From Octopus bimaculoides (taxonomy: Eukaryota), in contig NC_068983.1 of the NCBI RefSeq assembly GCF_001194135.2, positions 58,859,176 through 58,910,022 on the forward strand: DNA of 50,847 nucleotides, written 5' to 3'. Shown here piece after piece: positions 24,365-37,492 of the stretch. The number at the start of each line of letters is the position of its first letter. The first letter of the stretch is position 1. The notes under the pieces are model-generated. The model saw nothing but the letters and a program-made list of their open reading frames with translations, did no database searches and was not told where the DNA came from. The position numbers were made by a program, and so were the translations under genes.

Positions 24365-24485
24365 GTAAGCCTGTCCCTGTTATGTTTATCGCATCCACCA
24401 TGTGTATTTTTATACTGAGTAAATTGTGGTTGAGAGCAACAGCTTTGTTCATAGCAAGTGGTGTTTCAATACCGTTCTGTATCTT

Positions 24486-24520
<35 letters not shown>

Positions 24521-24799
24521 TTATACATCTTGTATAACGTTATCTTCCTAATCTGCATTGACATCATCTCTACCAATCACCATGACAATCACTGTCATCA
24601 TAAACATTACCAACCAACCACCATCATCATTGCCACCACAACCACTACTCTTACTGTTATCATTGCCATCACCACTGCTACTATCACCATATTATCACCT
24701 TCACAATTATTCTCTGTTCGATGTCCTCACTTTTCCTTGTCAACCATGAAGTTTTCATTGACAGATTTTTAAGGTTGGCCTTATTAATCTCAGTCAATA

Positions 24800-25915
24800 C
24801 GAAATAAAGAGCTGGTAGAATCATTCACAGGCCAAACAAAATGCCTTCTGGCATTTCATCCATTTTTTTACATTCTAATTTCAAATTGCACCAAGGTTCA
24901 CTTTGTCTTTCATCCTTTTGGGGTTGATAAAATAAGTACTAGTTGAGCATTGGGGGCGAAATTTCAGGCCATGTGCCTATAGTAGAAAGGTTTATTATTA
25001 TCACAATCATTATTAAGGTGGTGAAAGGTGGCATGTTGGCAGAGTTGTTAGCAAGCCGTACAAAACGCTTAGCAGTATTTTATCTGTCGCTACATTCTGC
25101 GTTCAAATTCCACTGAGGTCAATTTTACCTTTTTATCCTTTCAGAGTTGATAAATTAAGTACCAGTGAAAAACTGGGGTCAATGTAATCGCATCGTCCCC
25201 TCCCCACAAATTTCAAGGTCTTGAGCCTTCAGTAGAAAGGATTATTAAGGTGGTGAGCTAGCACAATTGTTACCCTGCCAGACTGAATGCTTGGCGGCAT
25301 TTTGTCCATATTCACATTCTAATTTCAAATTCCACCGAGGTCAACCATATTTTTCATCCTTTCAGGGTCAAAAAAGAAGTAACAGCTGAGCACTTTGGTC
25401 AATGTAATCAACTTAACCCCTAACCCCGAAATTGCTGACCTTGTACCAAAATTTGAAATCATCATTATTAAGGTGCCAAGCTGGTAGAATCATACTGGGC
25501 CAAACGCTTAGTGACATTTCATCCATCTTTATGTTCCGAGTTCAAATTCTGCCTAGGTAGAGTTTACCTTCCATCCTTTCAGGGTCAATGAAATAAGTAC
25601 CAGTAAAACACTGGGGTCAATGTAATCGACTTACTCCCGTCCCTGTAATTGCTGGCTTTGTGCAAAAATTTAGAAGGCAGTAAGCCTGGCAGAACTGTTA
25701 GCACACAGGGCAAAATGTTTAGGAGCATTTCATCCAACTCTACATTCTGAGTTCAAATTCAGCCAGGGTCGACTTTACCTTCCATCCATATCAGGGTCGA
25801 TGAAATAAGTACCAGCTGAGTACTGGGTTCAATATAATCGACTGTTCCCCCTCCCCCAAAATTTTTAGGCCTTGTGCCCATAATAGAAATTATTATTATT
25901 ATTATTTTATTATTG
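24800..25915 (+). mobile_element. Five head-to-tail SINE family B copies
   Basis: Units of about 220 bp, most joined by (att)n-AAGG, and mutually diverged. Confidence 0.85.
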
Positions 25916-26879
25916 TAGTTGCAAAGGGGTGGTGATGGCAATGGTAAATGATGCATTGTTTAAAGACTCAATATTTTACATCTTATTCAGAACTTTGTAT
26001 TTTAAAACTTAAATGCCACTGCTGTCTACTTTGGAACTTATCCAAATTACATGAGTCAATACACTACAACCTTCCTCTGGAAAATTGGTGCAGGGCCAAA
26101 AGATATTCTTCAATCTTCATTGTTAATATTATTATTGTTGTTGTTGTCTTTGCTGTTATTACTATTATTGTCATTAAGGCAGCGAGCTAGCAAAATCATT
26201 GGAACGTTAGATAAAATACTTAGCAATATTTCTTCTGATTCTTTACATTGTGAGTTCAAATCCTGCTGAGGATGACTTTGCCTTTCATGCTTTCAGATGC
26301 AATAGCTTGAAATACTAAGGCTTCATGACAATCCTCCTTCATTGGACACTAAATTCGGCTTGTGAAGACCTGTTGGGGCAAGTGAAATCAAAACCATGAT
26401 TGAACCAAATTCGATGACTGGCACCTGTGCCAGTGGAGCGCTAAGAGCACCGTCCGAGCATGATCATTGCCAGAGCAGCTCTCTGGCTTCCATGCCAGTG
26501 GCACATAAATAGCACCATTTGAGTGTGATCGTTAGCTGCATTGCCTTACTGTCATTTGTGCCGGTGGCATGTTAGAAAACATTTGAGCGAGGTCGTTACC
26601 AGTGCCACTGGACTGGCTCCTGTGCAGGTGGCACGTAAAAATCACCATTTTGAGCAGTCCCATTGCCAGTACCGCTGGACTGGCCCTCGTGCCGGTGGTA
26701 CATAAAAGCACCCACTACATTCTTGGAGTGGTTGGTGTTAGGAAGGGCATCCAGCTGTAGAAACTCTGCCAGGTCAGATTGGAGCCTGGTGCAGCCTTCT
26801 GGTTTGCCAGTCCTCAGTCAAATCGTCCAAACCATGCTAGCATGGAAGGCGGATGTTAAATGATGATAATTTTGATGAT

Positions 26880-27731
26880 GATATGAAGTTTATGGTGATG
26901 ATGCTGTAGGTGAATCAGTTGAAGACCTTCAAGATGTTTCGAAGGCAAAAATCAAAGAAAACTCAAATATCAAGATTAGAGGACTTGCAGAGGAGTTGGA
27001 AGTTTGTAAAAGTATGGCTGGTGGATACATGGTGAAGCTAAGATACATTTCTTGCTATAATGTATGGGTTCCTCACAAACTCTCAGGAAAGATTTGCTTG
27101 AACCGGTATTCCATTTGGGATATGCTTTTGAAATGGAATGAAGGCATGCCTCTTTTGAAACAACTTGTGACTGGAGATGAAAAGTGCATTGTGTACAAAA
27201 ATGGAATGTGAAAGGATCCTGGAGTTTGCATAAGGATCCCCCAAAACAGCAGCCAAAGTCAAATATCCTTGCCAAAAAAGCTATGCTTTGTGTTTGGTGG
27301 GATCATAAAGGCATTATTAATTGAGCTTCTCCCACAAAACCAGACCATTAATTCTGATGTGTACTGTCATTAGCTGGTTAAATAGAACCAAAAAATCAAA
27401 GAATTAAGGCTGAAGATTGCCAATAGGAAAGGGGTAGTGTTCCAACAAGACAATGCCCGACCACATGTGTCTTTAACTACCTAAACAAAGTTACTTGAAC
27501 TTAGCTGGGATCTCTTACCCCATCCATCATATTCTCCTGATATTGCACCATCTGACTACCACTTATTTTAGTCTCTACAGATCTCATTGCAAGGGAAAAC
27601 ATTTAATGATTTACATGGAGTCAAAATGCATCTAGATAACTTTTTTTCTTCAAAACCAGTCAAATCTTATGCTTGTGGAATATTTAAATTGCCCGATAGA
27701 CGGGCAAAGGTTATTAATAATAATGACTATT
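26880..27731 (+). mobile_element. Mariner transposase fossil (D,D34D type)
   Basis: WVPHKL, VTGDEK, LCVWWD, FQQDNARPH and PHPSYSPDIAPSDYHLF motifs occur across frameshifts; no TIR seen. Confidence 0.92.
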
Positions 27732-28069
27732 TTGCAAAGCATTTGCAGCAGGTCTCTGAGCTGAGGAACACATATTCTCTTCCAGCCACCAGCCTCAAAG
27801 ATTCTGAAATATGTCATGAGTGCCACCACTTCTTGCACTAAGTGATATATTTTACTTGTTTCAGTCATTCCTCTGCAGCCATGCTGAGGCACCACATTCA
27901 AAGATTTTGTCAAAGAAATTGACTCCAGTAATTTTTTTTGTTTTGAAGTCTTATACTTATTTTATCAGTCTCCTTTGCTAAACCACTAGGTTATGGGGCA
28001 GAGTTACACAAGCCAACAGCGGTTGTCAAGTATTGTTAATTTATCTGTATCTCTGAGTTTAATATAAAT

Positions 28070-28102
<33 letters not shown>

Positions 28103-28970
28103 AACAAACACATACCAGTGGCCCTTAGAAAACACCTGCTACACTCTTAGAGTGGTTGGCATTAGGAAGAGCTTTTAGCCGTAGAAACCTTGCCTAATCA
28201 GATTGGAACCTGGTACAACCCCCACCTGGCTCACCAGGTTCCAGTCAAACCATCCAACCCATGCCAGCATGGAAAGCAGACGTTAAATGATGATGGTGAT
28301 GATGATATTCCATGTGCATCCTAAATGTTATTCTCAATCAAATACACGGCAAAGCTGGGTCTTTGAATTACATGTACAATCTAAGTTATGGGATTCCACA
28401 CAGTTTTCATCTCTTTGATTGTGCCCATGTGGCTTGCTTACCCCAAAGATACGTTAAAAACACTTGGCCAAAATGCAACAGAACATATTGATTGGGACAT
28501 CAACTTCATATCTATTCAGCCATGGCTGCATCTACAACAACAACAACAACAATATCAACAATGACAATGACAATAATGATAATGTTTTATTGAACAAACA
28601 TAATTGTAATGAATGTGATAAATATAGGCAAACATCAAACACAAGGATATATTGTTTAATTCATCTACAATCAGTAATATACATTTAGTAGATTATATAC
28701 TCAATGATTTTCAGAGAAGTGATGAGGGGAAACTTTGATAAATATGGCTTTCAGGGGGAAGAAAAATAATAATAGATATAAACTATAAACATAAATCGTC
28801 GTCATCGTTGCCATCATCATCATCGTTTAACGTCTGCTTTCCATGCTAGCATGGATTGGACGATTTGACTGAGGACTGGCAAACCAGATGGCTGCACCAG
28901 GCTCCAATCTGATCTGGCAGAGTTTCTACAGCTGGTTGCCCTTCCTAACGCCTATGCCCTTCGTAATGCA

Positions 28971-29009
<39 letters not shown>

Positions 29010-29852
29010 ACAACTACCCTAGCTGTGTGGTTAAGAGGTAAGCTTTGCAATCATGTTATTCTAGTGCTGATCCCACTGGGCAACGTTTTGGGGGTCTTTT
29101 AATAATGCTTTAGTTGGTTGTAGATTTATGACTGGAATTGGTAAAAGGAAACGGATCAGAAATCTAGTGGTTGTGAATACACACATTTACGCATTTGTGT
29201 GTATGTGGAGAGATGTATATAATCAGAGACACATACATATGTAATTGTATAAGTATGGTATCACTTCAGTCCGATGAATGAAACCAGTAGAAGTGTAAAA
29301 GAATGAAATCATAATAAAGTGAAACAAACTTATTCCAGAATTGAAACTGGATTGCAGGTTTAAGTTGGTGAGTAACATCTCATCTTCCTGCCACTCCAGA
29401 TTGGGTACCACAATGTTTTTTTTTTTTCAATTCTTAATCAGAGAAAGGGCAATAGGCATGACCTTTAACAGGATTTCAAAGACATTAGATAGAAAGGCAA
29501 GAGATAATACCTTTACACTTGGAGCCCTGATCTGAGTGCTTTCACCTCAAAGTGGGTCTTTTGTAAGGGCTTACCCATTAACCAGGTGGTGGCAGTGGTT
29601 CTGATGGTGATGGATGATGTCATCTTCATCCAGCATCATCATTTGATGTCCATCTTCCATGATGAGATGGGTTGGATGGTTCAAGAGAAAGTGACAAGCT
29701 ACAGGACTGCCCTATGCTTTAATGTCTGCCTTCGCAGGCTCTCTATTGTTGGATGCTCTTCATAATGCCAGCCACTTTACACAGTGTTAGATTAGTCCAC
29801 ATTACTCCATAAGGAACACAGGACTGGTTTCCTAGTTTCTCTGCCATATATA

Positions 29853-30420
29853 TTGGGTCATCCCATAAATAATGCAATTTTATCATCTTTTATTTTTCAA
29901 AATTATGCTAAAGTTCTTATTTAATCTAAAATATACTCTCCTTCATTTTCTACAATGCTCTTCCATCTATCTGGTAGACTTGCAAGGCTCCTCTTCCAAA
30001 ATTCACTTGTCCGTGATGACAAATACTCTTCTAGTACTGTTCTGACCTCATCTACAAAATTCATATTTTTTCCGTCCAAATGATTTTGAAGACTGTGGAA
30101 TAAAGGATAATCAGAAGGGGAAATGTCTGGCTGATATAGTGGGTGGGGCGTTGTTTCCTATTCAAACTGTTCCAGCTTTTGGAATGTCATCCTGGCTGTA
30201 TGTGGCTGAGAATTTTCCTGATGGGAAAACACCTTCCATCTTCAAACCAAATATGGTTGTTTTTCTTCTATTGCTGACTTGAGCCACTCAAGCTGCTTGC
30301 AGTAGATCTCCTTTGTTATCGTTTGGTTTGGGTTTAAAAGTTCAAAGTGAACAAAACCTTTCATATCCCACCAAACAGGTAACAACATCTTATGTGAATG
30401 AAGACCAAGTAACTTGCAAG
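29853..30420 (-). mobile_element. Mariner transposase fossil, 3' half with one TIR
   Basis: KMLLPVWWDMKG..FELL..NQTI, PHPLYQPDISPSDYPLF and LPDRWKSIVENEGEYI motifs; the terminus is TA|TTGGGTCATCCCATAAATAATGC at 29851-29875. Confidence 0.88.
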
Positions 30421-31022
30421 AAAAGAACCCCTCATCTGAGTGGGGGGTGCAATATTTAGGGAGGTGGCTTTGTGCCACGTGTTAAGAGGCTGAAATATGA
30501 TAGAGGGACAAGAACAAGTGTTTTGCTAAAGAGGGGATACATGGCTACTCCAGCTGGAAAGAGAAATTGTGGGGTGGGGTCATATTCTCAAAGTATAGGG
30601 TGAATATGAGAGGATTGCAACAGAGGACTGGAATGGGTGGATAGGTGCATTAGTTCACAAGAATGTGAGACACCAGTGGTAGATAGTTAGAGATAAGGAT
30701 AGAGGTGGGCAGAGTGTATGAGGTACAGGGGTGGATGTATGATCAATGGTGCATCTCAGTTAGGGGAAGGTGAGAGAAATAGGAGTGGATCTGGGAGGAG
30801 GAGGAGGAGGAGGAGGAGAGGTTAATTCACTAATAGGGAGATGTGAAACATAAGGGGATAAAGGGTATCATGTGCAGTACCTGAGTGTGTAGTGCTGTTG
30901 TTAGGAGAGTAATGAAGGGATGGGTGTTTGAAGATGGGTTACAGGGAAAGGTTTGACTGGACCTTAACTTTGCTGAGATGGATGGGTCTTCTCAAGCACA
31001 CTATGTCACCAGTCTTCTAGGT

Positions 31023-31197
31023 CAGCAGTTCTCAAACATGGTTCCTAGGCCTACATGCAGCCCTCAATGGTTTTCCCTCTATAAATATAATAAATCTTTC
31101 TTCAATTGACTTGCATTTTACTTTTTTTGGTGTGGCCTCTTAAAAACAATTCAGATTAGGGATCTGACTCAGACATGAAAAAGGTTGAGAACCACTG
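31023..31197. mobile_element. hAT (Charlie-like) MITE
   Basis: TIRs CAGCAGTTCTCAAAC / GGTTGAGAACCACTG; TSD not preserved. Confidence 0.65.
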
Positions 31198-31816
31198 ACC
31201 TGGCTTCTCAAGCACAGCATATCACCACCCAATCGATTTATTGAAACTCAAACCAGTAATTCTAAAAACTTCATTATGATGATATCCAGAATTATTGAAA
31301 TGGTCAAATAATCAAATAATTGTTTCCAAACACTGTTTGTTCAAGTGTATTCCAGATACATTAACATTGCAGAACAAAAAAAAAAATGTCCTAACAAAGA
31401 ATTCAGACACTTTATTAATTTTTATTTTTGATTTCTTTAAAAATGTTTTAGCATCTCTCTCTCTCTCTCTCTCTNNNNNNNNNNNNNNNNNNNNNNNNNN
31501 NNNNNNNNNNNNNNNNNNNNNNNNNNNNNNNNNNNNNNNNNNNNNNNNNNNNNNNNNNNNNNNNNNNNNNNNNNNNNNNNNNNNNNNNNNNNNNNNNNNN
31601 NNNNNNNNNNNNNNNNNNNNNNNNNNNNNNNNNNNNNNNNNNNNNNNNNNNNNNNNNNNNNNNNNNNNNNNNNNNNNNNNNNNNNNNNNNNNNNNNNNNN
31701 NNNNNNNNNNNNNNNNNNNNNNNNNNNNNNNNNNNNNNNNNNNNNNNNNNNNNNNNNNNNNNNNNNNNNNNNNNNNNNNNNNNNNNNNNNNNNNNNNNNN
31801 NNNNNNNNNNNNNNNN

Positions 31817-31848
<32 letters not shown>

Positions 31849-32414
31849 CATCATTTTGTTGCTCATCATTTCTTCAGTTCTTTTGCTTGTTTTTTGGGGG
31901 GTTTTTTACCATCATGGTTGAGGTCATACTGGAGCAGTGCTTTCAATAACAAATATTATTTTTGTTTTTGTGAAGAAAATGAATTACAAAAGATTAAAAA
32001 AAAAATGAAAAAGAAACAAAAATCAATATAAATGTTTTAATAAGCTATTCATACAAACAAAAACCATTATTTTTTAATATTTTATTTTTTTCATTTATTT
32101 TATTTTTTCATCCAGCTTTATTTATGTAATAATCTGGGATGATTTTATGCTTTATTTCAATTTTTTCTGTTTCATTTTTTTTACCTTTTTTCTCATTTTT
32201 TAAAAATGTTTATTGTTTAGCCACCGAGGAAGGGATAACTCTTATGACCCTTTGATGTTTTAGTGTCCCTCAAAGGATTGTGAGGGTGGGAAGATAATGG
32301 AAACCTACTGTACTGGGTGGTGTGTTTTGTTTTTTTTTTTACGTGGCACCAGCAACAGTGCTTTATATATGGCACCAGTATGGGTACTCTTGCTGTGAGG
32401 CACCAGCACAGATG

Positions 32415-34180
32415 ACTGGTTTAGCTGTTGTTTCAATACCCAGTCAAAGTGCTGCAGCAGCTGTGTAAGGCAGCTGTGTAAGGCAGCTTATCCCTGGACA
32501 GAAGCCATGTTGCATGTTTGTGAGAAAGTTGTTTTCTTTTAGGAATGTCATCATCCTTTCTCTCACAATGCGTTCCATTGTCTTGCTAACATGTGAGATC
32601 AGTGAGGTGGGCCTGTAGTTTTTAGCATCTGCTCTACTCCCTCCTTTATGGATAGGGCATATTATACCCTATTTTAGCATATTGAGAAGTTTACCACATG
32701 CAAGGAAACTCTGAAAGAGTATCTGCAGTGGCTTTGCAAGAGCCTTTTTACATGTCTTTAAGAGAACAGCCAGGAGTTCATCTGGGCCTGTTGCTGAGTT
32801 TAATCTCATCTCATCAATAGCCATTATTACATCCTCTTCTGTTATGTTGATGTAATCAATGGTTGCCTCTTTTCCTAATAAATTCATTGCATTGAAAGTC
32901 TCTTCAGGCTTGTTTATTTACATATTTTCCAGTGGAGAAGGAAAAACACTTTGGAATTGTTTATTCAATGCTTCACTTATCTTCCCCCGGTCTGCAGTTA
33001 GTGAGCTGTTTTTACCAAATAGCGGCCCTATATTATAGCGTACTGAGGCAGACTCCTTTGCCCTGTAGAAAGCTTTAGGATTTCTTTTCATAGTTTCAAC
33101 TGCCCAGGTTTCTCTCTCTTCTTTTTCATGGGAGATTTTGAGTTTATTTTCAATCTCGAAGTGCTCCTCTGTCAGGTGGGACTTCACACAGTCATTGAGG
33201 TGTTTGTTTAAACGATTCAAGACCTTTTTTCTCCACTGCATGAGTTTTCTCCTGTCTCAAGGAATGATGGTTTTGTGTGTATTGGCTCCCTTCTCTGGGA
33301 CATATTCAATGCATATGGCTCGCATTATTGACATGAATTTATTCAGTTTCATATATTTGTCTTGCATGGAGAGGTTTTTAGGCTAGTCCTGCTAGAGTAT
33401 TTGTTTTTCAAGTAACTTCCAGTCAGCCTTATATAAATTTAGGCTGGATAGGGTTCGAGCGCCATCTGTGCAGAGTTTATCTTTAGTTAATTCTGGGCTG
33501 TACATTGTCACTTCTATCATGTTATGTTCTGAGAATATTGTCGGTTATATATTTACGTTGTGGATAATTTCCACATCATTTGTAAAACAGAGGTCCAGGA
33601 TATTTTTGTGCCTGGTTGGAAAGAGTATGATCTGCTCTATGAATACCATTTTTGTAAGATCAAATAGAATTTCTGCTTGATTTCGCTCTTTGTGTGTCAT
33701 TCCTGAGATTATGTTGGTGTCAGACCACCTGATGTTGGGGAAGTTGAAGTCACCCATCAGGAATATAGTAGTACGTTGATCCAATTGAGATAGTACTTCT
33801 TTTATCACACTGAGGCTTTCCTCAAATTTTCCATCATGATTTGAGGCATCAGATGGGCGATATAGTGTGCATATCACTATATCAAGTTGCTTCAGATGTA
33901 CTATGAGTGTGTCACACACCGAGTTTGAGTTCAATAACAGGGTTAATGGTGTGACATCTTCGTGGATGTACATTGCAACTCCACTGTGACTTCGTTTTCT
34001 TCTGTCTGTACAGAAGATAGCATACATTGGTATGTGCTTCTACACATCATTTATGTGTACAGATAGATGTGTTTCTCTAGGTGCAATGCATATAGCTTGA
34101 TTGCATGCAGAAAGATTCTTCAGATGTGCAATATGACATTTGCTGTTGTTTTGTAGCAGGCCTCTTATATTTATTAGTTG
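32415..34180 (-). mobile_element. CR1-group LINE ORF2 fossil (APE endonuclease plus first part of RT)
   Basis: APE motifs INIRGL, ETH, GVAMYI, LYRP, MGDFNFP and LDLCFTN; RT-adjacent motifs ATGPD, PIHKGGS, NYRPTSL.SHVSKTMER, QHGF and SCLTQL. Multiple stops and frameshifts. Confidence 0.9.
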
Positions 34181-35101
34181 TGTATATATAAGCAACAGGC
34201 ATCTTTCAGTTTTTTCTCAACCAAATCCACTCAGAAGGTTTTGCTCAGTCCAGGACTAGAGAAGAAGACACTTGCCCAACTTTGTACTGCATAGTGAGAG
34301 AGAACCCGAAACTATAAGATCAGGCAGACAGTTCTTTAATGAGCCCACACTGTCCAACCTGCACAAGTGATTGAAGTTAAATGCAATAAGACGACGACAC
34401 ATGTCACACTCTTTCAGTTTCTGCCAGCACTGTAGGCAGTCGATGGCTTGCTAAATATTTATGACACAATACTATTTCCCCAAAGTTAGAATCTTGACTG
34501 CAGTCTCTGTAACTAAGCAGTCTCTCTACTCAACCACAGAGACATTAATATAATTGCTAAAATGCTGTGTTTAGTGTATGATTTCAAGAGAAGAGAATAA
34601 ACGAAAGACAACATGATTGAATATATTCATTAAGTGAAACCTTGAGAAGTAGAATTTAATTACCTATCTCTTTGGGGAAATAAATCTTTCTGCTGACGAC
34701 ATAATATAAATTCAGTATTTGCTTAGTTGTAGCAATATTTACTTCAATTATTCATATCGAATATGTTGAATATCATTAAAACACAAATTATCATAAGCTA
34801 TTGTCAAAAAGTTTATTGTTTGTGTGTGTGTAAGCTATGTATATATATATATGTGTATGTATGTATATACACACACTCACAGAGGCATAAGTACATTTTA
34901 TATATATATATATATNNNNNNNNNNNNNNNNNNNNNNNNNNNNNNNNNNNNNNNNNNNNNNNNNNNNNNNNNNNNNNNNNNNNNNNNNNNNNNNNNNNNN
35001 NNNNNNNNNNNNNNNNNNNNNNNNNNNNNNNNNNNNNNNNNNNNNNNNNNNNNNNNNNNNNNNNNNNNNNNNNNNNNNNNNNNNNNNNNNNNNNNNNNNN
35101 N

Positions 35102-35141
<40 letters not shown>

Positions 35142-35789
35142 CATATATCTATGTATATTGATATATATATATGTATATATATAAAGTATACAGTGCAATT
35201 ACAAAATGTGGTTAAGTACACATGCTAGATATGTAGTCTAAATATTAAAGGCTAAATGTTGTATTAGTGATTGTACAAGATTATATTGGATTGTATCAGA
35301 TTTGTTGATATTATAATATCATAGCTGGTATGGTCGAGTAGATATAGTCTAATGTATGGTGTGGATTTATTTATAATACTGCCAGGCTCTCTGTTGGGTT
35401 ACAACACAATTGTTTCAGTCGATTTGATCAATGGAAGAGGTTGCTCGTGAAAATAACATTCAACTCACTGAGCACTCCACAGACAATGTGCACTCTTAAT
35501 ATAGTTCTTAGGGAGATTGAGAGGGACACAATGTGACAAGGCTGGCCCTGTTTGAATTACAGGTACAACTCATTTTTGCCAGCTGGAGTGGACTGGAGCA
35601 ACATAAAATGAAGTGTCTTGCTCAAGGAGACAAGTTGCCAGGAATTGAACCCATGGCCTTATGATCATGAGCAGAATGCTCAAAATACTAAGCTACATAC
35701 TTGGACATAATGGTGATGCTCAGCAACAGTTATTGCATGTACAGCTGCGAGTGTCATTGTCACAGAAGCAGTGTCATTCATTTGCAATA

Positions 35790-35955
35790 CTAGCTGACCC
35801 CGTGTCATCAAAAATGATGGCTCATTGTAGTATTTTATATATAAATATGGATGGTAAATCAAATTCATACACTTGTCAGTGGAGGTAAAGAATAGGCCCC
35901 TCCCCATTTTCAGCATAACCCTAACTCTAACTCTAAACCTTAACCCTAAACACTG
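35790..35955 (-). mobile_element. Helitron-like 3' end with telomere-like hexamers
   Basis: The minus strand has hairpin CATCA-TTTT-TGATG, 12 nt, then CTAG followed by T. Degenerate (TAACCC)n at 35916-35949. Confidence 0.5.
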
Positions 35956-36168
35956 GGTGTGCATATTCTTTAGCTCACCCCACTTGTCAATGTCATCTAG
36001 TGGTTGTCTTTTTTGAGATGAGACATCGATCATCGTTTGTTGCTGAATGTTACAAACATTCATACACTTCCCTTGTACATGCACACACATACACACATAT
36101 ACTCACACAGAGTTGAAACGCTGTTTGATTTTTTTTCAGCGTTGAATGTTCACCATCCCATTTCCAAT

Positions 36169-36248
<80 letters not shown>

Positions 36249-37046
36249 TCACATAACTCCCTTTTGCATACACATACATATACTCACACAGCGTTGAAAC
36301 ACTCCTGTGTGTCTGTGTTAGTCCCCCCACCATCAATCGCCAACCGATGCTTGTGTGTTTACATCCCCATAACTTAGCGGAAGAGACCGATAGAATAAGT
36401 ACTAGGCTTACAAAGAATAAGTCCTGGAGTCGATTTATTCGACTAAAGGTAGTGCTCCAGCATGGCCACAGTCAAATGACTGAAACAAGTAATAGAATAA
36501 AAGAATAAATGAAAATATTTCTGATGAGAAGTATAAACAGTGGCAATAGTTCTGGAACCCTGTTCTGCAATAGCAGGAATACTACTTATCCCCTAAGAAG
36601 CTTGGTTCCATTTTGTTACTTATATTTCCAGCTTGTTGACTTACAAGTCTTATTTCATAAAGAAAGCTATTTGCAGAAAAGGTGATGATGATGATGGTGG
36701 AGGTGGTGGTGACGAAAAGGGTAATATTGACAATAAGTGCATTAGCAACACACTGCAGCTACATGAACTTGAAAATGATCATTGAATGCTGAATGTAATG
36801 ATTATAAGTTTGGTTAAAAAAGTGAAAGCTACTGACTTCATAATTCCATCTATTACATACACAAGACAAGTGCAACACTTTCTTGTATGCAATACTTTAC
36901 AACATAAAAGAAACATCAACATCTACGCTAGCATGAGTTGCATGGTTTGACAGGAGCTGGTTGGCTAAAGAGTTGCACCAGGTGCCAGTTAGCTGTTTCG
37001 GCATGATTTCTATGGTTGGATGCCCTTCCTAATGTCAGTAACTTCG

Positions 37047-37415
37047 CAGAGTGCACTGGGTGCTTTATATTTGGTACCAGCTTGGGTGCTTTTTACATGG
37101 CACCAGCATGGGTGCATTTAATGTGGTACCAGCATGGCTGCTTTTAATGTGGTACTGGTAGGAGTGTTTTTTTTATATAGTACCAGTTAGGAAAGCATTA
37201 ACAGAAAATGCATTCATGCTTTAAACAATTCCCCATATTGCAGAGTGCACTAGATGTTTTATACTTGGTACCAACACGGATGCTTTTTACATGGCACCAG
37301 CATGGGTGAATTTTATGTGTCACCAGTGTGAGTACTTTTAATGTGGCACCAGCAGAGGCACTTTTAACATGGTACCAGTTAGGAAAACATTAACAGAAAA
37401 TGCATTCATACTTTA
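37047..37415. repeat. ~193-bp tandem duplication containing ~25-bp internal repeats
   Basis: gcagagtgcact...ccagttaggaaa.cattaacagaaaatgcattcat occurs at 37047 and again at 37240. Confidence 0.85.
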
Positions 37416-37492
37416 TAGAATTGCTCACATATTACGGAATCAGTGTAAATAATGCAGCACACGGCTACATTTATCATACAACATATACATAC

